Part shown: positions 9,059-16,917 of the stretch, in pieces
How the letters are laid out: each line of letters starts with the position of its first letter
How positions within the stretch are numbered: the first letter of the stretch is position 1
Assembly (NCBI GenBank): GCA_964353395.1
Contig: CAYGVV010000001.1
Location: 1 to 24,732, forward strand
Source: an uncultured Candidatus Bathyarchaeia archaeon
GTDB taxonomy: Archaea; Thermoproteota; Bathyarchaeia; Bathyarchaeales; Bathycorpusculaceae
Direction of reading: 5' to 3'
Length of the DNA stretch: 24,732 nucleotides
Made by a program: the position numbers and the translations under genes
Notes under the pieces: generated by a model
Database searches by the model: none
What the model was told of the DNA's origin: nothing
The model's input: only the letters and a program-made list of their open reading frames with translations

Positions 9059-9091
9059 TACGAAAGCACTGTGTTATTTGAGGAAGAAAAA

Positions 9092-9319
9092 TTGGGAAAC
9101 ATCGTGAAAATAACCCGAAGAGGACAAACTACAATCCCAGTAGAGTTCAGAGAAAAATTCGGAATCAAAGAAGGGGACAGATTAGTCGTAGAAGCCACAG
9201 AAAAAGGCATACTATTTAAAACCGTTCCAAGACTCGAAGAGATGGCAGGTATAGACTCAAAGTATGGTACACCAGAAGAAATAAAGAAAGAAATCGACAA
9301 GCTCAGGGAAGAGTACTAG
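9092..9319 (+). CDS. vapB: AbrB/MazE/SpoVT family antitoxin (VapB)
   Basis: KITRRGQTTIPVEFREKFGIKEGDRL. TTG start at 9092 after GAGGA; 1 nt upstream of a PIN gene. Confidence 0.88.
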   Translation: MGNIVKITRRGQTTIPVEFREKFGIKEGDRLVVEATEKGILFKTVPRLEEMAGIDSKYGTPEEIKKEIDKLREEY

Positions 9320-9320
9320 C

Positions 9321-9719
9321 TTGAAAGAAGTCCTCGACACGAGATTCCTAGCCGAACACTTCTATTCCAACCAAGTAGAGATAAAAAAGAAAACTGCGAG
9401 AAAACTGAAAGACCTCATAATAAAAAACGAAGGCATACTTCCAACTATAGTAATCGCTGAAATCGTCCAAATCACCTGCGAAAAAAGAGGAAAGGACATG
9501 GCAGAAAGCCGCTATGAAGCGGTAACCCAAAGCGGACTGCAAATCCAAGACCTCACTCCACAAATTGCCAAGTATGCAGGTCTCCTCAAGAACAAATACA
9601 AAAACATTCCGATGGGCGACTGCATCATTGCCGCAACAGCCATCGAAAACCACGCAAGAATACTCTCAGACGACCCACACTTTGACAACATAGAAGAGAC
9701 AAAACGCACTTGGATATAG
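9321..9719 (+). CDS. vapC: PIN-domain ribonuclease toxin (VapC)
   Basis: VLDT, IVIAEI, GDCIIAATA and SDDPHF carry the conserved acidic PIN residues; 132 aa; coupled to the antitoxin. Confidence 0.92.
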   Translation: MKEVLDTRFLAEHFYSNQVEIKKKTARKLKDLIIKNEGILPTIVIAEIVQITCEKRGKDMAESRYEAVTQSGLQIQDLTPQIAKYAGLLKNKYKNIPMGDCIIAATAIENHARILSDDPHFDNIEETKRTWI

Positions 9720-9739
9720 GCATTAACTCTTTTTGTGTT

Positions 9740-9817
9740 TGGTGGACGGGGCGGGATTTGAACCCGCGACTTCCACGATGCCAACGTGGCGATCATGCCG
9801 AACTGATCTACCCGCCC
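9740..9817 (-). tRNA. tRNA-Ala(GGC), intron-less, CCA encoded
   Basis: GGGCGGG TA GATC AGTTCGGCAT GATC G CCACG TTGGCAT CGTGG AAGTC GCGGG TTCAAAT CCCGC CCCGTCC A CCA folds into a full cloverleaf. Anticodon GGC; G3:U70 alanine identity pair. Confidence 0.97.
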
Positions 9818-10085
9818 AACGAACTGGACTTCTGAAGCTTTAACCCGCAACATTAGCGTATAAGCGTTTCCGATGATAACTGAATGATCCAAAGTCCCAC
9901 ACTAAGGTTCAACGAAGTGGAAGGGCTTATATTCCGATTGGCAAAATAAGATAAATTGCGCCTGCTTTGGATTTTGAACCGCGGAATCACTTCCTGAACG
10001 GAGCCGCACTTCCTCGGATGGCGACACGAAACAGGCGCTACACAAAAAGATGCTTATGAGAAAGAAACAAGGAGCTAAAGTCTAA

Positions 10086-11411
10086 ATGAATACCCAAATA
10101 AGTGGAAAGAAAGTTGTCGGTAGAAACGCGGCCATTGCGTTAGGAATCATTTGCATCCTGCTAGCAGTCAGCTTAGTCGGAGTAATAGCCAATTACACGT
10201 CAATAATAAGCGTCAAAGATAACACCATAACAAGCAAGGATTCTGCAATCAACGACCTAAATTCACAAATCACCAGCAAAAACTCTCAAATAGCAGAAAA
10301 GAACAACACGATTTCCTCGTTAAACTCCCAAATATCGAGCAAAGATTCTCAAATAGAGACCCTTACAAGCCAAAAGGATCAACTGCAAACATGGCTAAAC
10401 GGCAACGTCACTTTTCTAAACTCTCAAATTGAAAATCTTCAAAGCCAAGTCACTTCCTTAAATTCCCAGATAGGAGCCCTTCAAAGCCAAGCTTCATCAG
10501 ATAAATCCACAATTACTAATCTCCAAGGCCAAGTTACATCTGCAAATGCCCAGATCAGCTCCTTAAGTTCCACTGTGACGGCTCTGCAGAGCCAAGTAAA
10601 CGACCTCACAGCAATAATTAACATGAGCAAATCTAAACTACAAACCCTTGTCTTCCATGTCTGCGAAAAAGGAGAAGGGTACGTATGGGGTCATCTCCCC
10701 GACGTCAATTACACCTACAACCAAATTCTAGCCCTCAACAACAACACGTACAACATCCTTTTGCTCCCTGAATACAAAGGACACGGGAATTGGACAGAAG
10801 AACTTGCATGGATCACAGCTAACTTCGGAGGACAACACGGAATTCCGATCATGCTGGATGTCTTCGACGGAGGACCAAACGACACGCCTAATCCGCTGTT
10901 GACAACTGACCAAATTTTAGTGGCTATGGCAGTCGCTAACGTCCAGTATCTGCGGTTTGCCGAAGTTGTAAGCTGGCATAGTGAGCATTCACTGCCTTTT
11001 CCAGCCGAATATGTTGCCGCCATTCTTGCCTTCGCACGTGCGAACAACTTGAAGGTTATATGGACTGAGTGGAAAGCAGAAACATTCAAGGCAATTCAAA
11101 CCTACATCAAGGGTTACGAAGACATCGTGACTGTTTCCTTCTCTACAAATTCAGGAGACCTCGAACCTGTCGATGGCTTCATGCAAGTAAGCAGAATGTT
11201 CCAACATTGGGGCGGCTCCGTTCAGGCCTGGTACTGGACCACACGTTACGATCCCGAACCCCTAAACATGCCCACCTCACTGCTAATACAACATGCTCTT
11301 TCAGCAAAAAACATAGGGGCAGAAATCCTTCAGTTTGAACCTTACTGGTACTTCTTTGACAATGGACAAGCAAAAGAAAACCTGAAACTCTTGGAGATTA
11401 TGCTGGCTTAG
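10086..11411 (+). CDS. Membrane-anchored surface protein with long Ser/Gln/Asn-rich coiled-coil stalk and C-terminal putative (beta/alpha)8 domain
   Basis: TM helix (AAIALGIICILLAVSLVGVIA), about 20 heptads (KDNTITS KDSAIND LNSQITS KNSQIAE ...), then a globular domain ending HWGGSVQAW...AKNIGAEILQFEPY. Confidence 0.8.
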   Translation: MNTQISGKKVVGRNAAIALGIICILLAVSLVGVIANYTSIISVKDNTITSKDSAINDLNSQITSKNSQIAEKNNTISSLNSQISSKDSQIETLTSQKDQLQTWLNGNVTFLNSQIENLQSQVTSLNSQIGALQSQASSDKSTITNLQGQVTSANAQISSLSSTVTALQSQVNDLTAIINMSKSKLQTLVFHVCEKGEGYVWGHLPDVNYTYNQILALNNNTYNILLLPEYKGHGNWTEELAWITANFGGQHGIPIMLDVFDGGPNDTPNPLLTTDQILVAMAVANVQYLRFAEVVSWHSEHSLPFPAEYVAAILAFARANNLKVIWTEWKAETFKAIQTYIKGYEDIVTVSFSTNSGDLEPVDGFMQVSRMFQHWGGSVQAWYWTTRYDPEPLNMPTSLLIQHALSAKNIGAEILQFEPYWYFFDNGQAKENLKLLEIMLA

Positions 11412-11446
11412 TCCTTATGAACATCATCGTCACACCGCCCTATATT

Positions 11447-11737
11447 TCAGGTTTGCTCAATAACAGGCAAACCCAAACGCTTCGCATAAATCGCGCTTAA
11501 TTCCGCCTCAATCTCAAGAATCCTCTTCTGCTGAGCCACGAAAATAGACATCACCATAGGCTCAAAAAGTATAGGATCCGCGGCGTTGCCACCCGCCATC
11601 GCCAAGCTCCTGTACATATCCATCAACTCCTCAAAAGCTTCCCGGTTTTCTTTACCCGTTAGGGCTTTTCTGAAGCCTTTCCACCGCTCAATCTCAAACT
11701 CCAAAGCCATCCGAAACGAAGGAACAGTCTTACCCAT
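11447..11737 (-). CDS. Small alpha-helical conserved archaeal protein (MGxTxPSFR family)
   Basis: MGKTVPSFRMALEFEIERWKGFRKAL...FEELMD...ADPILFEPMVMSI. From recall, resembles the small proteins encoded beside archaeal PolB2 (arCOG07300-like); not verified. Confidence 0.75.
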   Translation of the reverse strand: MGKTVPSFRMALEFEIERWKGFRKALTGKENREAFEELMDMYRSLAMAGGNAADPILFEPMVMSIFVAQQKRILEIEAELSAIYAKRLGLPVIEQT

Positions 11738-11855
11738 ACATTCAACCTCAGGAAGTAAACAGTAAACAATGTGCTACAAGCGGTTTTTGAGGTGTAGCTG
11801 AAACCGACCCCCCCTTGCAGGTGAGAGGGATAAGTTGAAGTGAAAAATGCAGAAA

Positions 11856-12026
11856 TTACTTTGCTTGGCTGACAGGACATTTTGGGCTAAAACTGACTAT
11901 TCGTGTAGGATTTTCGGTTTCGCGAGGTTTTTGCGGATTCGGTAACTTCTTGGTGGCTTTGATTACTTTCATTGTCGTAGCCTTCGTGATCTTCCCTGTG
12001 GTGAAAATCTCCAAGAAATAGGTCAT
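11856..12026 (-). CDS. Possible small protein (56 aa) downstream of PadR
   Basis: ATG at 12026 (MTYFLEIFTTGKITKATTMKVIK...), co-oriented and 40 nt after the PadR stop. No motif. Confidence 0.3.
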   Translation of the reverse strand: MTYFLEIFTTGKITKATTMKVIKATKKLPNPQKPRETENPTRIVSFSPKCPVSQAK

Positions 12027-12066
12027 GGAACAAACTAAACCCCTTTTCTTTGATGTGTTTTGGCGT

Positions 12067-12477
12067 TTATTTTGCGAATAATGTGATCGGCATATTTGAT
12101 TTTTGAGTTCTGTAGCCAATTGAGAAGTTTGCTTCTTCTATGCTGATTATGTCGTCTTTTGCCATGTTTTTGCAGATTAGATTGAGTGAGTTTTCGGTGA
12201 AATTTAGTACTGTTTTGCCGTCGTTTGTGAGTTGGTACACTTTTCTGGGGCGTTCTGCGTCCATGTACCATGTGCTCTTTAAGTAGCCTTTCTTCTCCAG
12301 CGTGCCTAGTAGGGGGTAGACGGTGCTGGGACCGAAATACACGCCGAAGCCTTTGCGGATTTTGGTGATTATTTTGTATCCGTGCATGGGTTCTTGTTTG
12401 AGGTATTGGAGGATGATCATGTCGAGGAGGCCTTTGGCGAGTTTGGTTTGGATTTCTTTTTGGTAATTGTTGGTCAT
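12067..12477 (-). CDS. PadR family transcriptional regulator
   Basis: KGLLDMIILQYL...MHGYKI...GPSTVYPLLGTLEKKGYL...RPRKVYQLT.DG. Confidence 0.93.
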   Translation of the reverse strand: MTNNYQKEIQTKLAKGLLDMIILQYLKQEPMHGYKIITKIRKGFGVYFGPSTVYPLLGTLEKKGYLKSTWYMDAERPRKVYQLTNDGKTVLNFTENSLNLICKNMAKDDIISIEEANFSIGYRTQKSNMPITLFAK

Positions 12478-12667
12478 TTTTCTTGTTTCTCCATGTGTTG
12501 TTGTGTTGTACAGGTGTACAATATGTCTTCTTAAGACATATTTCTCACGTCTTCATAGAGAAGAAGACCGCCATATAAACCCTCTGGCTAAAAAGCCACC
12601 ATTTCAAATGCATATTTCACTTAAATGGAGTTGTACAGCAGATCAGCAGAAAACCGCGAAAGCTCCA

Positions 12668-12922
12668 TCAAAACCTGAAAAAATTATATTGAACTGCAGG
12701 AAATATCTCAAAACAGCAGCGTAGAGATAGCAAGAGCACAAAATCCTGTCCCGTAAGGGCTTTGTTGATTAGGTCTTGGATGGCAGCGTTCAGGTTTCCG
12801 TTGTAGTAGGGTCTAACGATTTTTTCGTTGAACTCAGCCACCTACGAGGCGGGCACCTTATGAAATGTTAAATCTATCACGAGGTCCTCTTCGGTTGCAT
12901 AGGCTAAGGTTTTCCTTCTCAT
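12668..12922 (-). pseudogene. Amber-interrupted small protein, possible ribbon-helix-helix DNA-binding fold
   Basis: Own translation: MRRKTLAYATEEDLVIDLTFHKVPAS*VAEFNEKIVRPYYNGNLNAAIQDLINKALTGQDFVL... with an in-frame TAG at codon 27 (12842-12844). Absent from the ORF track. Confidence 0.6.
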
Positions 12923-13273
12923 AGGCTATCACTTGGGACTCCAGCCTATGGTGCAAACTGTTAAAAAGGCAGGTGCAGAATCGACCTTAGGGTGCAGCGG
13001 AGAGAGAAGAGTAAAAATGAAGAGAGCCATTCAGCTTCCCATAAAATTTTGAATAGAACGTTAATGGCAACGCGTGCAACTCTGATTACGGGCCACGTGA
13101 ATTTCAGCAATTAAACCTATTTCTTTGTTCAAAATGTGTTAGTGCAGCACGTGAGTTCTCTAAACGAGTGAAGAAGACTTCACCAAAATCATATAAGCAC
13201 ACTGATTCCTCATTAATGCACGGCGATAGCTATCTGTGAGAGCAACGACTGGGACAACGAAATTCAAAAGGCA

Positions 13274-14065
13274 ATGTCTAATCCAATAAACAGGAAAATC
13301 ATTGAATATTTAGCTGAAGAAGACTTATCTTTCACGCAACTGCTAAGCAGAATTAATAGTTCTTGTGAGCACGGCAAATTTGGATATCACCTAAGAAGAC
13401 TGGTCGGATTCATAGAATTTGAGCCTACAACAAAAAAGTACAAACTGACCTATCGAGGCAATTTGCTATTAGGCATTATTCGTGAATTTCGCAGTCGTGT
13501 TCTAAAAGCGAATCGACCGTTGAGGTATGCTGAGCAATTGGCTGCGGGAGACCATGCATTTGCCCTGGTTACTAGTGAATCTTTCAAACGGGACATAACG
13601 TTTCCGTTTTTTAAAGCTGGCTTGTCAAGAGGATATGCGGCGGTATATACTGTCGGCGAAGAAAAGTTGGACGCTGAAGTTTTAGCACTCAAAAAGCATG
13701 GCATAGACCTTGACAGCCTACCCACGGGAGCATTAACATTGATGCCGAGTTTTGAATGGTATATACAAAAGGGGAAAGCCGAAACTAAAACGATTATAGA
13801 GAATTTACAGATGCTGCTTGAAGAGAAGAAAAAAGCTGGATTCGCAGGGTTGTGGGGCGCCACCGAAATGGCGACTTTCATTGATAATGGAAAAGGTAAC
13901 GAATTGCTGCAGTATGAAGCGTCGCTAGGCAGACAATTTGGTTTAGACATGTGTGGAATATGCCTCTTTGATAAGAAAAGGTTGGAAGAAATAGGCATTT
14001 CACAACTTATCAGAAGTCACGGTCACATAATCTCAGAAGAACTCTGCGGAAGGACGATGCCTTAA
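13274..14065 (+). CDS. Winged-HTH (ArsR-like) + MEDS sensory domain transcriptional regulator
   Basis: N-terminal NPINRKIIEYL...LSFTQL...GYHLRRL...YKLT; C-terminal DHAFALV...GYAAVY...WYI...GLWGATEM...LLQYEA...ICLFD (MEDS pattern). Confidence 0.85.
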   Translation: MSNPINRKIIEYLAEEDLSFTQLLSRINSSCEHGKFGYHLRRLVGFIEFEPTTKKYKLTYRGNLLLGIIREFRSRVLKANRPLRYAEQLAAGDHAFALVTSESFKRDITFPFFKAGLSRGYAAVYTVGEEKLDAEVLALKKHGIDLDSLPTGALTLMPSFEWYIQKGKAETKTIIENLQMLLEEKKKAGFAGLWGATEMATFIDNGKGNELLQYEASLGRQFGLDMCGICLFDKKRLEEIGISQLIRSHGHIISEELCGRTMP

Positions 14066-14186
14066 GAAAAGGTAAAAGAATTACACAATTCGTTAGCGAG
14101 TGCCTGGAAAAGTTGGTTAATAGAGATTCAACAATCTTGCCAACAGCGTCCTGAGTTATCTTGCTGTTTTTAATTACTATTTCCAT
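14010..14186 (-). other. Possible short or frameshifted ORF (MEIVIKNSKITQDAVGKIVESLLTNF...)
   Basis: Protein-like N-terminus from ATG 14186. The frame then runs 56 nt antisense into the MEDS gene; an alternative frame after a TTTT run reads QALANELCNSFTFS*. Unverified. Confidence 0.25.
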
Positions 14187-14442
14187 GATTGAACCGAGCA
14201 TGTCCTGCTTAATAACAAACGTGTTCCGACAAAAGTCTGGTTTGAGTCTGCAAAGAGACTGTTATCCTATTCAGAGTTTCATTTCATGATCTTTCCAAAA
14301 CAGGTAAATCTTCGTCTGCAGGAGAAGGGGAAACGTCCCTTGAACACGTCAGGAGAACGGCTTAGGGGGAACCACCTGACCCCGGACTAATTTTTTTGTT
14401 GTCCAATTTAAATTTTGGAAAGTGACTTTTCAGACGGGTTAT

Positions 14443-14476
14443 CTATATATAAGGGAGGGGGTATGCGCAGAAAGCA
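14443..14476 (+). repeat. Dispersed motif, copy 2
   Basis: ctatatataa-gggagggggtatgcgcaga-aagca; 25/29 identical to copy 3 over 14449-14477 versus 15562-15590. Confidence 0.7.
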
Positions 14477-14664
14477 GGGGGTCGTAGCTTTTGACGTTCT
14501 AATCGTTTTGCTATAGGGTTAAGATGAGAAATAATGTAGCTTGTTTAGAACACTTTCTCCGGGTCTGTCAAGTCTTAGGTTGATGCTTCTTTCCTTCAAA
14601 AATCTGGTCATCACATCAAAGGGACAGATTCCTTTTCACCGTTAGGCTGCTCTGGCTACTCAGG

Positions 14665-14781
14665 CTATTGAACCGAAATCCATGCATCTGGATTTTGATA
14701 CTTTACTTCAGGTCCTACTTGGTAGATGGCGTCGAAGTTTTTGAGGAAATCTTTGCTTGAGGTTCGGTTTGCTCTTAGCAT
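14665..14781 (-). CDS. Small ORF (38 aa) with SD; possibly the 5' part of a decayed gene extending to about 14519
   Basis: GGTGA 7 nt before ATG 14781; MLRANRTSSKDFLKNFDAIYQVGPEVKYQNPDAWISVQ*, then PE*PEQPNGEK in frame. Confidence 0.45.
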   Translation of the reverse strand: MLRANRTSSKDFLKNFDAIYQVGPEVKYQNPDAWISVQ

Positions 14782-15047
14782 TTTATTTCACCAAAATATC
14801 AATTCTTAATATGCCATATAACCTCCGCTCTCGCAACAAGAATATATCGAAAACAGAAATATTACAAAAAAAATCTGCTACCGCCGGGCATTCCAAAAAA
14901 ATCGAGAAGCGTTTGCACATTGAATCGTTGCCAGCGACCAATCATTCAAGGTCCGAGGTGTTTCCTACAATGATGAATTAAGGATTCATAATCCTTTAGA
15001 GTGCGGCTCTGACTCCTATGAAATCAAGCTCAGGAGGATTTAGGCAC

Positions 15048-15407
15048 ATGCAGCCATTTGACTTCAATTTCGTCATTCTTCCATTAGTTATCTCAATAGT
15101 CGCCCTCGTTTCAGCCGTACTCCTCATAGCCAACAGACATGAAATCAAAGGAAAAAGGATCAATAAAGCGGTTGATAAATTCCTCAAAGAAAAAGCCAAG
15201 AAACGAGAAGAGTTTCTCACGCAACGAGAAGAGTTGAACAGGTTACTCAATGAAAAAGCCATCAACCAAGATACATACGGACGCTTATCCATGCTACTTA
15301 AGATTAATGAAGAAAAACTTGAACAGGCAACAGATTTACTCAGCTTCGTGAAGAACCAGAGCGGTACTAAAATTAAGATGAAATATCGTCAACATGATAC
15401 TCTTTAG
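15048..15407 (+). CDS. Single-TM hypothetical protein with SHOCT-like helical region
   Basis: GGAGG at 15033-15037 before ATG 15048; TM FVILPLVISIVALVSAVLLIA; REELNRLLNEKAINQDTYGRL resembles SHOCT. Confidence 0.7.
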   Translation: MQPFDFNFVILPLVISIVALVSAVLLIANRHEIKGKRINKAVDKFLKEKAKKREEFLTQREELNRLLNEKAINQDTYGRLSMLLKINEEKLEQATDLLSFVKNQSGTKIKMKYRQHDTL

Positions 15408-15555
15408 TGGTTCCTAATTTTTCAAATTCTTTTTCACACGGTCTAATATTTTCTTCAAACTTTGTTCTACCTCTCACTTCTGTTTTAAGCCCTAAAAGCC
15501 CTACGTTCAAAACGCCAATTCTCTCCAGAAAGATTAACCGTTCAAATCCGCCTTT

Positions 15556-15589
15556 CCATAAATAAGGGAGGGGATATGCTTAGAGAGCA
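15556..15589 (+). repeat. Dispersed motif, copy 3
   Basis: ccataaataa-gggaggggatatgcttaga-gagca; followed by gacagcaa, similar to caacagcaa after copy 1. Confidence 0.7.
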
Positions 15590-15626
15590 GACAGCAAAAA
15601 ACCAGACCTCTCCAGCCTATAAATAG

Positions 15627-15665
15627 TTTAAATAAGGGGGGTACAGATTTTTCCGAGCAACTAGT
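15627..15665 (+). repeat. Dispersed motif, copy 4 = left arm of a 39-bp inverted repeat
   Basis: tttaaataaggggggtacagatttttccgagcaactagt; 34/39 identical to the reverse complement of 16918-16956. Confidence 0.8.
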
Positions 15666-15740
15666 CCCCAAGCCTTAAACTGCAGTCAACCAACAGTTTA
15701 TCCTATTTACCGAGGAGCAAAGCCAAAAATCACACTAGAG

Positions 15741-15887
15741 CTAGTCGTATTTTTTTAGGCGCAGCATTTTCCTGTAATTCTTCAGGTCCTGAGAAACCGT
15801 TTTCAGCAGGTTCAGCTCCTCCATTGTCCTCTGAAACTTCATTATTTCCTCGTGAGCTTTCATATGCAACGTTTTCTGTTTACTCAT
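15741..15887 (-). CDS. Small basic helical protein (48 aa), below the ORF-track size range
   Basis: Own translation: MSKQKTLHMKAHEEIMKFQRTMEELNLLKTVSQDLKNYRKMLRLKKYD*. Amphipathic pattern; co-oriented with the 16692 gene. Confidence 0.55.
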   Translation of the reverse strand: MSKQKTLHMKAHEEIMKFQRTMEELNLLKTVSQDLKNYRKMLRLKKYD

Positions 15888-16131
15888 ATTCCCATTCCAG
15901 TCCTGCGCCAACAGCCATGTGAAGAGTGCGTTGGAGGATGCGTCATTGTTTGTTGGCTACCAAAGAGCCAATCCGTCATCGAGGAGAAAGGAGAAGGCTT
16001 CGAGAACGGAAGAATATTGTTGGCTATTTTGGTGTGCCTTCAACCTCATTCATCCCCCTTATCGCATCACAAGACTTAAGATATCGGCGTATAAAAGCGT
16101 TATGCAGCACAAATAAACAAGAAAAACGCGC

Positions 16132-16692
16132 TTAGCCTAATGCTAAAACGCCTTCAAGAACCTTCTTTTCAGAAATCTCCAGCGTTTTGCTCAGCCAACT
16201 CTTCAAGAGAGCCGCAAACTTCGGTATCTCGCCACTGAACTTGATAACCTGATTGTTCTTAAGCGCGTTAACCTCAAAAGTCCGCTCAGTCTCCTTAAAC
16301 GTGAAGGACACCGTTTGAGCTTGAGCAGCCAAAACTTGGAAATCCTCCCACTGCTTGCACTGAAAAAGCACAGGTGTGCCATTCACAGCCTCAAGCCGTG
16401 CAGCGTTGTCGCTTTTGGGCTCTTTAGCGGCAGCTGCGACTGCAACTTGAGGTTCGCGGGGTGACGCAGATAAGCATTTCACTAGGTTGCTTACGTCGTT
16501 TTGCAGGCCGTTTATTTTCTCCTCGATTTTCTCGACTTTGCCTGTTAATTCGCCTGTTTCCCCCATTTGGTCTGCAACTGTGCCTAACTCGTTGACGAGC
16601 CTGTCCAAGTCCTTCTCGTGTTCTTTGAGAACGTTCACGATGAAGTCTAATGCTTCTAAGGCTTCGTCTTTTGATGGTGGTTTCTCTGTCAT
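16132..16692 (-). CDS. Conserved hypothetical protein (N-terminal coiled coil, Ala-rich linker, C-terminal alpha/beta domain)
   Basis: 186 aa. EALEALDFIVNVLKEHEKDLDRLVNELG coiled coil; linker AVAAAAKEPK; FQCKQWEDF...VSF domain. Confidence 0.85.
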   Translation of the reverse strand: MTEKPPSKDEALEALDFIVNVLKEHEKDLDRLVNELGTVADQMGETGELTGKVEKIEEKINGLQNDVSNLVKCLSASPREPQVAVAAAAKEPKSDNAARLEAVNGTPVLFQCKQWEDFQVLAAQAQTVSFTFKETERTFEVNALKNNQVIKFSGEIPKFAALLKSWLSKTLEISEKKVLEGVLALG

Positions 16693-16917
16693 GGTTCCTC
16701 TTCAGTCCTCGAGCTGGTTAATAGGGGTAATGCGTAAATAAAGCTAACGAATTCCAAAAACATATCCATGTGCAGACATAGCTATACTTATTATGAATAA
16801 AGTGTCTGTTTACAGAGTGACACACAAAAGGGAAGCAAGATTTAAATTCGCGGTTTATCAGAAGCTGCAACGCCCTTTTTCTCGCCGAAACGCACCATTT
16901 CCAACACATAGTCCTGA

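Noticed and set aside
8975-9091. Track N-terminal extensions of vapB, and likewise 4191-4313, 8852-8947, 15018-15047 and 18567-18611
   Set aside because: The extensions are non-homologous-looking sequence over promoter regions; downstream starts fit family length and, for vapB and 15048, an SD.
9740-9817. attL/attR duplication of the tRNA-Ala 3' end
   Set aside because: No second copy of the tRNA 3' sequence and no integrase were found by eye in the window.
11800-11825. C7 run (G7 on the minus strand) as a sixth motif copy
   Set aside because: It lacks the TATA-like block and has no GAGCA at the 19-nt position.
15888-16049. In-frame upstream extension of the 48-aa ORF through a TAG (MRLKAHQ...LALW*PTNN...)
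   Set aside because: The extension is not protein-like, and about 54 codons without TAA/TGA is not unusual by chance.
15852-16135. Three overlapping plus-strand ORFs (15852, 15919, 15926)
   Set aside because: Short, no motifs, atypical composition, and partly antisense to a more plausible minus-strand micro-ORF.
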